A program made the position numbers and the translations under genes. Below are positions 1-7,989 of a DNA stretch of 32,000 nucleotides, piece after piece. Origin of the DNA: Delftia acidovorans NBRC 14950 (GTDB taxonomy: Bacteria > Pseudomonadota > Gammaproteobacteria > Burkholderiales > Burkholderiaceae_C); the NCBI RefSeq assembly GCF_001598795.1, contig NZ_BCZP01000001.1, positions 150,001-182,000 of the forward strand. Direction: 5' to 3'. A model generated the notes under the pieces. That model searched no databases. It had not been told where the DNA came from and was given only the letters and a program-made list of their open reading frames with translations. How positions within the stretch are numbered: position 1 is the first letter of the stretch; every line of letters starts with the position of its first letter.

Positions 1-31
1 CGGCCCGGCAGCGGCCGCAAGCCCTGCGGGC

Positions 32-2695
32 ATGCGCCATACCCTGGCGCTGATGCTGGTGCTGCTGACGGTGGCCCTGGCGGCCGCCATGGTCTGGCTG
101 CTCAGCGGCATGCGGACCACGGCGCAGGAAGAAGCTTCGCTGCGCCTGGTGCGCTTTGTGCTGGGCACCGAGGCGGCCATCAGCCGCAGCCTGGAATCCC
201 TGGATGCCCTGGCGCTGGGCGTGGACGAACTGCTGGGTTCGCGCAACCCCGCATCGGCATCGCAGCCGCAACTGCAGGAAATGCTGCACACCATGGTGCG
301 GCAGAACACGCTGGCGCAGCGCGCCTCGGTGCACGATATCCAGGGCCGGGAACTGGCCGCTTCGGGCGATGGCCCGGTCATCGATCTGCCTGCGCAGGCC
401 TGGGAGCGCCTGGCGGGCCAAAGCCGCTCCGAATTGCTGGCAAGTCCACCCTCCGTCGCGCCGCAGGTGCCGGGTGGCGAGCGCATGCTGTACCTTGTGC
501 GGCCCCTGAGCCGGGCAGAGCAGGGCGGCTATGTGCTGATGCAGGTGCCGGCTGCGGCGCTGGGCGCCGTGCTGGCCCAGGGCGGTGTGCTGGACGGCCT
601 GGAGGTCACGCTGGAACAGGGCAGCGGCGAGCTGCTGCTGTCCATGCCCCAGTATGGCGATGTCGCCGCTGTGCGGCTGCTGCCGACGACGTCGCAGCTG
701 CCGTCCAGCGGCGTCATGCACATGGCCGCACGCCTGAGCCGCGTGCCCGCCCTGGTGGCTGCGCATCCGCTGCCCAAGGGACATCTGTGGGTCACGGCCA
801 GCCTGCCCATGTCCTCCGTGCTGGCAGGCTGGCGCGTGGCTGCCTGGCTGATGGTGCTGGCCGTGATGATCTTCGGCGTGCTGCTGGCCGTGCTGGGCTG
901 GACCGTGCACCGCTACATGGACCGCCTGAATGCCGCGCGGCGCCAGGCCCAGCGGTCCGAGCAGTGGCTGGACCAGGCGCTGGACAGCATGGTCAGCGGC
1001 TTTCTGCTGCTGGATTCGCAGCAGCGCGTGCTGCGCTGGAACCGCTGCTACGAGGAAATGTTCCCCTGGCACGCGGACCAGCTGGAGCCTGGGCGGCCCC
1101 TGCAATCGCTGCTCGATTCCTGCCCCAGCGCCGTGGGTCTGGCGGCGGCGCCGGCGCAGGCCGACGAGGCCAAGGACCTGCACCGCCAACTGGTGCTGCG
1201 GCCTGGCGTGCCCTTTGAGCAGCAACTGCCCAGCGGCCGCTTTGTCCAGATGACGGCACGGCTGGCCGCCGAGGACGGCGTGGTCATCACCTACAACGAT
1301 GTCACCGATATCCGGCTGGCAACGGCCGAGATCGAGAGCCTGGCCTTCTACGATCCGCTGACCAGCCTGCCCAATCGCCGCCTGCTGCTGGACCGCCTGG
1401 CCCAGGCCACGGTGCTGGCCGCACGCGAAGGCTGGACCGGGGCGCTGCTGTTCCTGGACCTGGACCAGTTCAAGATGCTCAACGACACGCTGGGCCACGA
1501 AGTGGGCGACCAGTTGCTGCAGCAGGTGGCGCACCGCCTGCGCAGCGCCGTGCGATCTTCGGACACGGTGGCGCGCCTTGGGGGGGATGAGTTCGTGGTC
1601 ATGCTCTGCGAGCTGTCGCACGAGCCTGCCGAGGCGGCCACGCTGGCCCAGCGCATTGGCGAGAAGATCCTGGCGCGGCTCAACCAGTCCTATGTGCTGG
1701 GCGCCCACCTGCACCGCAGCGCCTGCAGCATTGGCGCCACGCTGTTCGGCCGCCAGCCGCAGTCGGCGGCCGAGCTGCTCAAGCAGGCCGACATCGCCAT
1801 GTACCAGATCAAGGCGCGCAACGGCAGCGGCCTGTGCTTCTTCGATCCGCAGATGCAGGTGGAAATCCACCAGCGCGTGCGCATGGAAGGCGACCTGCGC
1901 CAGGCCCTGGCGCAGTCCCAGTTCGAGCTGCACTACCAGCCCCAGTTCACGCTGGCCGGCGAGGTCATAGGTGCCGAAGCCCTGCTGCGCTGGCGCCACC
2001 CCGAACGCGGCCTGGTGCCGCCCGGCATGTTCATTGCCGTGGCCGAGGAAAGCGAGATCATCGTGCCGCTGGGCATGTGGGTGATCCGCACGGCCTGCGA
2101 GCAACTGGCGATCTGGCAAAAGGATGCGCGGCTGCGCCATCTGCAGGTGGCCGTGAATGTCAGTGCCCGCCAGTTCCGGCACCAGGACTTTGCCTCCCAG
2201 GTCATCGAGCAGGTGCGCAATGCCGGCATTGCGCCCCATCTGCTCAAGCTGGAGCTGACCGAGTCGCTGGTGATCGAGAATGTGCAGGAGTCCATCGACA
2301 AGATGAAGCAGCTGCGCAGCCATGGCGTGTGCTTTTCCATGGACGACTTCGGCACCGGTCACTCCTCGCTGACCTATCTCACCCAGCTGCCGCTGAACCA
2401 GCTCAAGATCGACCAGTCCTTCGTGCGCCACCTGGGCTTGCGCCATACCGATGACGTGATCGTGCAGACCATCATCGGCATGGCGCGCAACCTGAACCTG
2501 GATGTGATCGCCGAAGGCGTGGAGACCCTGGAGCAGCGCGCCCTGCTCGCGCATTACGGCTGCGAATACTTCCAGGGCTACCTGTTCAGCCCGCCCGTGC
2601 CCATACGCGCGTTCGAGCAGCTGCTGGCCAAGGTGCCCGTGCGCACCGTGGCGCATGGCCTGCCAAAGGCTACGCCCGGCGCGAAGACACCATGA
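32..2695 (+). CDS. Membrane-bound sensor diguanylate cyclase/phosphodiesterase (periplasmic sensor domain - PAS - GGDEF - EAL)
   Basis: 887-aa ORF starting at ATG 32. It has an N-terminal TM helix (LALMLVLLTVALAAAMVWLL) and a second TM near WRVAAWLMVLAVMIFGVLLAVLGW. A PAS-like segment follows (SEQWLDQALDSMVSGFLLLD). The GGDEF motif is intact (RLGGDEFVVM), and EAL-domain motifs are present (GAEALLRW, DDFGTGHSSL, KIDQSF, EGVE). Confidence 0.9.
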   Translation: MRHTLALMLVLLTVALAAAMVWLLSGMRTTAQEEASLRLVRFVLGTEAAISRSLESLDALALGVDELLGSRNPASASQPQLQEMLHTMVRQNTLAQRASVHDIQGRELAASGDGPVIDLPAQAWERLAGQSRSELLASPPSVAPQVPGGERMLYLVRPLSRAEQGGYVLMQVPAAALGAVLAQGGVLDGLEVTLEQGSGELLLSMPQYGDVAAVRLLPTTSQLPSSGVMHMAARLSRVPALVAAHPLPKGHLWVTASLPMSSVLAGWRVAAWLMVLAVMIFGVLLAVLGWTVHRYMDRLNAARRQAQRSEQWLDQALDSMVSGFLLLDSQQRVLRWNRCYEEMFPWHADQLEPGRPLQSLLDSCPSAVGLAAAPAQADEAKDLHRQLVLRPGVPFEQQLPSGRFVQMTARLAAEDGVVITYNDVTDIRLATAEIESLAFYDPLTSLPNRRLLLDRLAQATVLAAREGWTGALLFLDLDQFKMLNDTLGHEVGDQLLQQVAHRLRSAVRSSDTVARLGGDEFVVMLCELSHEPAEAATLAQRIGEKILARLNQSYVLGAHLHRSACSIGATLFGRQPQSAAELLKQADIAMYQIKARNGSGLCFFDPQMQVEIHQRVRMEGDLRQALAQSQFELHYQPQFTLAGEVIGAEALLRWRHPERGLVPPGMFIAVAEESEIIVPLGMWVIRTACEQLAIWQKDARLRHLQVAVNVSARQFRHQDFASQVIEQVRNAGIAPHLLKLELTESLVIENVQESIDKMKQLRSHGVCFSMDDFGTGHSSLTYLTQLPLNQLKIDQSFVRHLGLRHTDDVIVQTIIGMARNLNLDVIAEGVETLEQRALLAHYGCEYFQGYLFSPPVPIRAFEQLLAKVPVRTVAHGLPKATPGAKTP

Positions 2696-3581
2696 TGCCG
2701 CCCACGATGAGCGCGAAGGCCAGCCCGTGGTACAGCTGCGGCGTCTGGCCCAGCAGCGGAATGGACAGCAGGGCGGTGAACAGGGGCATCAGATTGCCGA
2801 AGAAGCCCGCCACCGCAGGGCTGCTGCGCTGCACGCCCAGGCCCCAGAAGCGATAGGCCAGGATGGCCGGCCCGACGGCGATGAACAGCAGGGCGCCCAG
2901 CAGCGGCCACCCTGCCTGAAGGTGAAACCGTCCCGATGCAGCCTCCAGTCCCGTGAACAGGCCGGACCACATCACGCCGAAGACCATCTGTGCCAGCAGA
3001 AAGCCCGACCAGTCCGCGCGCAGCTGTCCTGACACGCTGGTCCTGGACAGCAGCCACGTATAGAAGGCCCACAGGATCGTGGCCAGCACCATGAACAGGT
3101 CGCCCGGCACCAGCTGCAGCTGGCGCAGCACCTGCGGATCGCCGCGCGACAGCACCACGGCCACGCCCAGCACCGACAGCGCGGCCCCCAGCAACTGGCG
3201 GCGGCTCACGGCAATGCCCCAGCAGATGCGGCCCACGGCCAGCATCCACACCGGCATGCTGGAGCCGACCAGGGTGGCATTCAGCGGCGTCGATGTTTTC
3301 AGCGCCAGGTACAGCAGGGCGTTGTAGCAGCCGATGCCCAGCAATCCCAGCAGCGCGAACTGGCGCCACTGCGGCCAGACGGCGCTGTCCCGGCGCAGCA
3401 CCCATCCGGCCAGCGGCAGCAGCAGCATGAAGGCAATGGCCCAGCGCAGGAAATTCAGCGCGAAGGGCGAGATCAGGTCATGGACCATGCGGCCCACGAT
3501 GGCATTGCCGGCCCACAGCAGCGGCGGCAGCGTCAGGATGGCGGCGGTGGAGGGCTTCAGCGGCTGGCTCATCGGGATCAT
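2670..3581 (-). CDS. EamA/DMT-superfamily permease
   Basis: Highly hydrophobic ~10-TM protein with two EamA-like halves (PLLWAGNAIVGR..., ILWAFYTWLL...). The track ORF (to 3893) carries a non-hydrophobic Arg/Pro-rich 5' extension. I trimmed it to ATG 3581 (MIPMSQPLK); ATG 3572 is an alternative. The 3' end overlaps the GGDEF-EAL gene by 26 bp (convergent). Confidence 0.8.
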   Translation of the reverse strand: MIPMSQPLKPSTAAILTLPPLLWAGNAIVGRMVHDLISPFALNFLRWAIAFMLLLPLAGWVLRRDSAVWPQWRQFALLGLLGIGCYNALLYLALKTSTPLNATLVGSSMPVWMLAVGRICWGIAVSRRQLLGAALSVLGVAVVLSRGDPQVLRQLQLVPGDLFMVLATILWAFYTWLLSRTSVSGQLRADWSGFLLAQMVFGVMWSGLFTGLEAASGRFHLQAGWPLLGALLFIAVGPAILAYRFWGLGVQRSSPAVAGFFGNLMPLFTALLSIPLLGQTPQLYHGLAFALIVGGIMVSSRRA

Positions 3582-3708
3582 CCGGCTTTCGGGCTCGCCA
3601 CTATAGGCGTTGCGCGCTCTTTGCGCCGACCATGCGTTGCCGTCTTCCGCGAGGCGGGCCGAAACATGGCACGATGCCGCTCTTGTCGCTTTTTGCAGGA
3701 GTGCTCCC

Positions 3709-4689
3709 ATGGGTATTGCAGTGCAGATCCGCCACAACGGCGGCCCCGAAGTCCTGGAGCTGGTGCAGGTCGCCGTGGGCGAGCCCGGGCCAGGCGAGGT
3801 ACGCATACGCCACCATGCGGTGGGCCTGAACTTCATCGATGTGTACCAGCGCTCCGGCCTGTACTCGCTGCCCATGCCCTTGAGCCTGGGCATGGAAGGC
3901 GCAGGCGTGGTTGAAGCCGTGGGGGCCGGCGTGGAGCATCTGGGCGTGGGCGATCGCGTGGCCTATGCGAGCAATCCGCCGGGCAGCTACAGCGAAGTGC
4001 GCGTCATGCCCGCCATGTGCGTGTGCCGCCTGCCCGATGCCATTGCGTTCGAGACGGCCGCCGCCATGATGCTCAAGGGCCTGACCGCGCAGTACCTGCT
4101 CAAGAAATGCATTCCGGTCGAGGGCCTGGCACCGGGTGATGCCGTGCTGTTCCATGCGGCGGCCGGTGGCGTGGGCCTGATCGCCTGCCAATGGGCCAGG
4201 GCCCTGGGCCTGCAGCTCATCGCCACTGCGGGCTCGGACGAGAAGTGCGCGCTGGCACTGGCCAACGGTGCAGCCCATGCCATCAACTACCGCAGCGAGA
4301 ACTTCGCCGAGCGCGTGCAGGAGATCACGGGCGGCCAGGGTGTGAAGGTGGTCTACGACAGCGTGGGCAAGGACACCTGGGAAGGCTCGCTGGCCTGCCT
4401 GCGGCGCTTCGGCCTGTTGGTGAGCTTCGGCAACGCCTCGGGCCCCGTGGCGCCTTTCGCTCCTGCCGTGCTGGCGGCCAAGTCGCTGTATGTGACGCGC
4501 CAGACCCTGTTCTCCCACATCACCAGCCGCGAGGCCACACAGGCGATGGCCGACGATTTGTTCGCCGTGGTGGAAAGCGGTGCCGTGAAGATCCATATCG
4601 ACCAGCGCTATCCGCTGGCCGAGGTTCGCCAGGCCCACCTGGACCTGGAGGCGCGCAAGACCACGGGCTCCACCATCCTGCTGCCATGA
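3709..4689 (+). CDS. qor: NADPH:quinone oxidoreductase (zeta-crystallin-like medium-chain dehydrogenase/reductase)
   Basis: MGIAVQIRHNGGPEVLELVQVAVGEPGPGEVRIRHHAVGLNFIDVY..., with the Rossmann motif HAAAGGVGL and a C-terminal HxDLEARKTTGSTILLP typical of Qor. AGGAG lies 7 nt upstream of ATG 3709. The upstream part of the track ORF (from 3610) is intergenic. Confidence 0.85.
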   Translation: MGIAVQIRHNGGPEVLELVQVAVGEPGPGEVRIRHHAVGLNFIDVYQRSGLYSLPMPLSLGMEGAGVVEAVGAGVEHLGVGDRVAYASNPPGSYSEVRVMPAMCVCRLPDAIAFETAAAMMLKGLTAQYLLKKCIPVEGLAPGDAVLFHAAAGGVGLIACQWARALGLQLIATAGSDEKCALALANGAAHAINYRSENFAERVQEITGGQGVKVVYDSVGKDTWEGSLACLRRFGLLVSFGNASGPVAPFAPAVLAAKSLYVTRQTLFSHITSREATQAMADDLFAVVESGAVKIHIDQRYPLAEVRQAHLDLEARKTTGSTILLP

Positions 4690-5519
4690 GTGTGCAAAAG
4701 CGCCTGACTGACCCGGCTGACCCGGCCGTGAAGGCCTGGCTGTGCCGCCTGCGCGCCGACACGCGCCAGCCCGCGCTGCAGCCGCGCCGGCCGTTGCTGG
4801 TGGCGGGGCAGGAAACAGGTTCGATGGAAGACGGCCTGGCCGCGCTGCTGCCGGACGATGTGATGCAAGCCCACGGCGTGGCACTGCGCCTGCAGGCCGG
4901 CCAATGGCATCTGCAAGGCCAGGGCGATGCCACGGTCCTGCTCAACGCCCTGGCCCGGGTGCTGCGTGCCACGGGCCACAGCGGCCCCTGGCGCGATGAG
5001 CAACTGGCCGTGTGCAACGTCCAGGGCCAGCGCATTGCCACCGTGGAGCGCGGCGCCGTGCGCCCGCTGGGCATTGCCACCCAGGCCGTGCATTTGGTGG
5101 GCGAGACAGCCGATGGCCGCATCTGGGTGCAGCAGCGCGCCGACAACAAGCCCACCAACCCCGGCATGTGGGACACGCTGATGGGCGGCATGGTGGCCGC
5201 GTGCGATACCGTGGCCGAGGCCGTGGAGCGTGAAACCTGGGAAGAGGCCGGCCTGCGCGTGGCCGAGCTGCAGGGCCTGCGCCATGGCGGCCATGTGCTG
5301 TTCGAGCGCCCCAGTGACGAGGCCGAGGGCCGGGGCTTCATGCGCGAGCGCATCGACTGGTTCAGCGCCACCGTGCCGCCGGCGCTGGAGCCCGGCAACC
5401 AGGATGGCGAGGTCCAGGCTTTTGCGCTGATCGAGCGCAACCAGCTCGTCGAATGGCTGCTGCAGGGCCGCTTCACGCCCGAGGCCGCCCAGGTGCTGGC
5501 GGCCTGGCTGGGCTGGTGA
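4686..5519 (+). CDS. NUDIX hydrolase with an N-terminal DUF4743-like extension
   Basis: Nudix box GGMVAACDTVAEAVERETWEEAGL (GX5EX7REUXEEXGU pattern). ATG 4686 overlaps the qor stop (ATGA), which implies translational coupling. The first 165 codons of the 442-aa track ORF overlap qor in another frame and are rejected. Confidence 0.8.
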   Translation: MSVQKRLTDPADPAVKAWLCRLRADTRQPALQPRRPLLVAGQETGSMEDGLAALLPDDVMQAHGVALRLQAGQWHLQGQGDATVLLNALARVLRATGHSGPWRDEQLAVCNVQGQRIATVERGAVRPLGIATQAVHLVGETADGRIWVQQRADNKPTNPGMWDTLMGGMVAACDTVAEAVERETWEEAGLRVAELQGLRHGGHVLFERPSDEAEGRGFMRERIDWFSATVPPALEPGNQDGEVQAFALIERNQLVEWLLQGRFTPEAAQVLAAWLGW

Positions 5520-5525
5520 AACGCT

Positions 5526-7190
5526 TCAGCGCGCCGTCTTGTTCAGTGCCGATTCCTTGAGCCGGCTGGGCGCCAGGGCGCCGGCCGATTCGAGGATGGG
5601 GTAGGCCACCGAGCACAGCAGCGAGTTGATGCGCTTGAGGTCGCTGATCAGGTCGATGTGCAGCGAGCTGGTCTCTATGCTGGAGACGGTGTTGTCGGAC
5701 AGGCGAGCCAGGTGGGTGGCCGAGTAGGCCAGCTCCAGGTCGCGGAAACGCGCCTTTTCCTCCAGCAGCTTCTGCGCCTCGCGCACATTGCCGTTGAGGA
5801 ACACGCTCATCGCCAGGCGCAGGTTGTCCAGCAGGTGGTGCAGCAGCTCGCGGATCTCCTGCGTGCCGGCCTCGGAGAACTGGCGGCCCTTTTTGATCTT
5901 CTTGTCCTCGATGTCCAGCAGCACGCGCTCGATGATGTCGCCGATCTGCTCCATGTTGATGGTGAAGCTGATGATTTCCGTCCAGCGCTGGCCCTCGCGC
6001 TCGTCCAGTTCGGCGCGCGAGATCTTGGTCATGTAGTACTTGATGGCCGAGTACAGATCGTCCACCGTGCCTTCAAGCTCGCGCAGCTCCTGGGACAGCT
6101 TGAGGTCGTCGGTCTCCAGTACCCGCTGCATGCCGATCAGCATGGACTCGACCATGTCGGCCTGGTGCAGGGCCTCGCGCGCGGCGCAGGAAATGGCCAG
6201 CGATGGCGTGCTCAGCGCCGACGGGTCCAGGTGGCGCGGGCGCAGCAGGCTGGTGGAGCTGGCCTCGGGCTTGGGCAGCAGGGCCGTCACCCAGCGCGCC
6301 ACGGTCTGCGTGAGGCCGATGAAGCACAGGCTGTTGAAGATATTGAAGGCCAGGTGGAACAGCACGATGTTCTGACCCTTGCCGTCGATCATCGGCATCA
6401 CGTAGGTGGCCCACAGCCCCAGGAAGGGCGCCACGATGGCCACCCCCATGATCTTGAACAGCATGTTGCCGATGGTGACCTGGCGCACTTCGGTGCTGGA
6501 CTTGGCCGTGGTCAGCACGGCCACCAGGCCGCTGCCGATATTGGCGCCCAGCGTCAGGCCCAGCGCCACTTCCATGGGAATCGCGCCCGAGCTGGCCATG
6601 GCCGCGATCAGCAGCACGATGGCCAGGCTGGAATAGGCCATCACGGCCAGCAGCGCACCCAGCAGCAACTCCATGAAGATATCGCTGGTGACCGAGCCCA
6701 GCAGGGTGCGCACGGCGGGGGCTTCCAGCAGCGGTTCGGTGGCCTCGACCACCAGGCGCAGGGCCAGCAGCATCACGCCCAGCCCGATCAGCACGCGGCC
6801 AATGCGCCCGGCCGTGGTGTCCTGGCGTGTGATGAACAGCACCACGCCCACGAAGATGAACAGCGGCGACAGCCAGGACAGGTCGGTGGAGAACAGCACG
6901 GCCATCAGCGCCGTGCCCACGTCGGCGCCGCGCATCACGGCCAGCGCGGCCGGCAGCGAGATCAGGCCCTGGCCCACGAAGGCCGAGGTCATCAGCGAGG
7001 TGGCCGTGCTCGACTGCACCAGCGCAGTCACACCCAAGCCCGACAGCGCAGCCGAGAAACGGTTGCTCATGCTGTGGGCGAGCAGGTCGCGCAGGTTGGC
7101 GCCGAACACCCGCAGCACGCCGGTGCGGACCATGTGCGTGCCCCAGACCAGCAGGGCGATGGCGGCCAGTAGATTGAGTAAGTGCTTCAT
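5526..7190 (-). CDS. Na+/phosphate cotransporter family protein with C-terminal PhoU-like domains (YjbB/NptA-like)
   Basis: The N-terminal half is polytopic membrane (MKHLLNLLAAIALLVWGTHMVRTGVLRVFG, duplicated Na_Pi_cotrans-like segments GANIGS/GADVGT). The C-terminal half is a soluble helical PhoU-like repeat (DDLYSAIKYYMTKI..., LDNLRLAMSVF...). Start set at ATG 7190; the track extension to 7340 runs through an AT-rich promoter region. Confidence 0.85.
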   Translation of the reverse strand: MKHLLNLLAAIALLVWGTHMVRTGVLRVFGANLRDLLAHSMSNRFSAALSGLGVTALVQSSTATSLMTSAFVGQGLISLPAALAVMRGADVGTALMAVLFSTDLSWLSPLFIFVGVVLFITRQDTTAGRIGRVLIGLGVMLLALRLVVEATEPLLEAPAVRTLLGSVTSDIFMELLLGALLAVMAYSSLAIVLLIAAMASSGAIPMEVALGLTLGANIGSGLVAVLTTAKSSTEVRQVTIGNMLFKIMGVAIVAPFLGLWATYVMPMIDGKGQNIVLFHLAFNIFNSLCFIGLTQTVARWVTALLPKPEASSTSLLRPRHLDPSALSTPSLAISCAAREALHQADMVESMLIGMQRVLETDDLKLSQELRELEGTVDDLYSAIKYYMTKISRAELDEREGQRWTEIISFTINMEQIGDIIERVLLDIEDKKIKKGRQFSEAGTQEIRELLHHLLDNLRLAMSVFLNGNVREAQKLLEEKARFRDLELAYSATHLARLSDNTVSSIETSSLHIDLISDLKRINSLLCSVAYPILESAGALAPSRLKESALNKTAR

Positions 7191-7340
7191 GTGCTGTGAG
7201 CGGAGAAGCGGACCAATATAACCCCGGTCCCGGCTTGCGCGCAGGAGAGTCGGCCGCATGAGCGCACAGTTTGGTGCGAAATAAAGAAAATTGTAGAAAT
7301 AAAACGAATCAAAAAGAATTTCGGTTGACCAAAAACGCAC
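7191..7340 (-). promoter_or_regulatory. AT-rich upstream/promoter region of the Na/Pi-PhoU gene
   Basis: About 80 bp of AT-rich sequence (aaataaagaaaattgtagaaataaaacgaatcaaaaagaatttcgg) in an otherwise 65-70% GC context, immediately 5' of the minus-strand gene. The minus strand carries a TACAAT -10-like hexamer. No clear Pho box was recognised. Confidence 0.35.
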
Positions 7341-7394
7341 TCAGGAAAACCCGAGGAGAAAGCCCGTCGGCACGCAGTTGGCGGCAGCCTCCAT

Positions 7395-7420
7395 GAAAAA
7401 GCCCCTCGTAGGAGGGGCTG
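7395..7420 (-). terminator. Rho-independent terminator downstream of lspA
   Basis: GC-rich hairpin gcccctc-gtag-gaggggc (7401-7418). On the minus strand it is followed by a T5 run (plus-strand aaaaa, 7396-7400). It lies 35 bp after the lspA stop. Confidence 0.75.
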
Positions 7421-7453
7421 GGCTGGCTGTCGTGGCTTGCGCCGCGGCGGGGA

Positions 7454-7969
7454 TCAGGTTCTTTTGGCCCGCCGTGCGCGCAGCACCTCGTCCAGGATCA
7501 GCAGGGCCGCGCCCACGCTGATGGCGATGTCGGCGGCATTGAAGGCCGGAAAGTGCGAACGGCCCCAGTAGAAGTCCAGGAAGTCCACCACGTAGCCGTG
7601 CTGCAGGCGGTCCACCACGTTGCCGATGGCGCCGCCCAGGATGCTGGCCAGCGAGAAGCAAAACAGCTTCTGCCCCGGATGCTTGCGCAACTGCCAGACG
7701 ATGAGCAGCGTGGCCGCCACGCCGATGCCCACGAACAGCCAGCGCTGCCAGCCGCCCGCTCCGGCCAGGAACGAGAAGGCAGCGCCCGTGTTGTGCGCCC
7801 GCACGATGTTGAAGAAGCCCGTGATCGGCGTCCAGTCGCCCAGCTGGTAGGCACCAAGGATCCACTGCTTGGTGAGCTGGTCAATGGCGATGATCGCCAG
7901 CGACCAGGCCAGCCAGGGCCAGATGCGGCTGTTGCGGGATTCGGGGACCGCAGCAAAGGTAGGGGTCAT
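7454..7969 (-). CDS. lspA: Lipoprotein signal peptidase (signal peptidase II)
   Basis: 171-aa, 4-TM protein with LspA motifs ([41 protein letters not shown]). Sits in the conserved position 20 bp downstream of ileS. Confidence 0.92.
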   Translation of the reverse strand: MTPTFAAVPESRNSRIWPWLAWSLAIIAIDQLTKQWILGAYQLGDWTPITGFFNIVRAHNTGAAFSFLAGAGGWQRWLFVGIGVAATLLIVWQLRKHPGQKLFCFSLASILGGAIGNVVDRLQHGYVVDFLDFYWGRSHFPAFNAADIAISVGAALLILDEVLRARRAKRT

Positions 7970-7989
7970 GGCAGCGCCTCAGGGGTTGA

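Noticed and set aside
3601-4884. A 427-aa minus-strand ORF covering qor.
   Set aside because: It is antisense to a well-supported qor gene and its composition is low-complexity.
4191-5519. The 442-aa ORF taken as a single gene.
   Set aside because: Its first 165 codons overlap qor in a different frame and translate to Arg/Gly/Pro-rich low-complexity sequence. The NUDIX protein begins at ATG 4686, overlapping the qor stop.
5658-7172. A 504-aa plus-strand ORF opposite the Na/Pi-PhoU gene. Similar long antisense ORFs occur at 14052-15182, 14639-15769, 15830-17254, 16396-17451, 17587-18384, 23688-25340, 27275-29035, 28395-30161 and 30492-31949.
   Set aside because: All lie opposite genes with clear family motifs. 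Their compositions are biased (Arg/Ala/Gly/Gln/His-rich) and they have no domain signatures. I treat them as high-GC artefacts.
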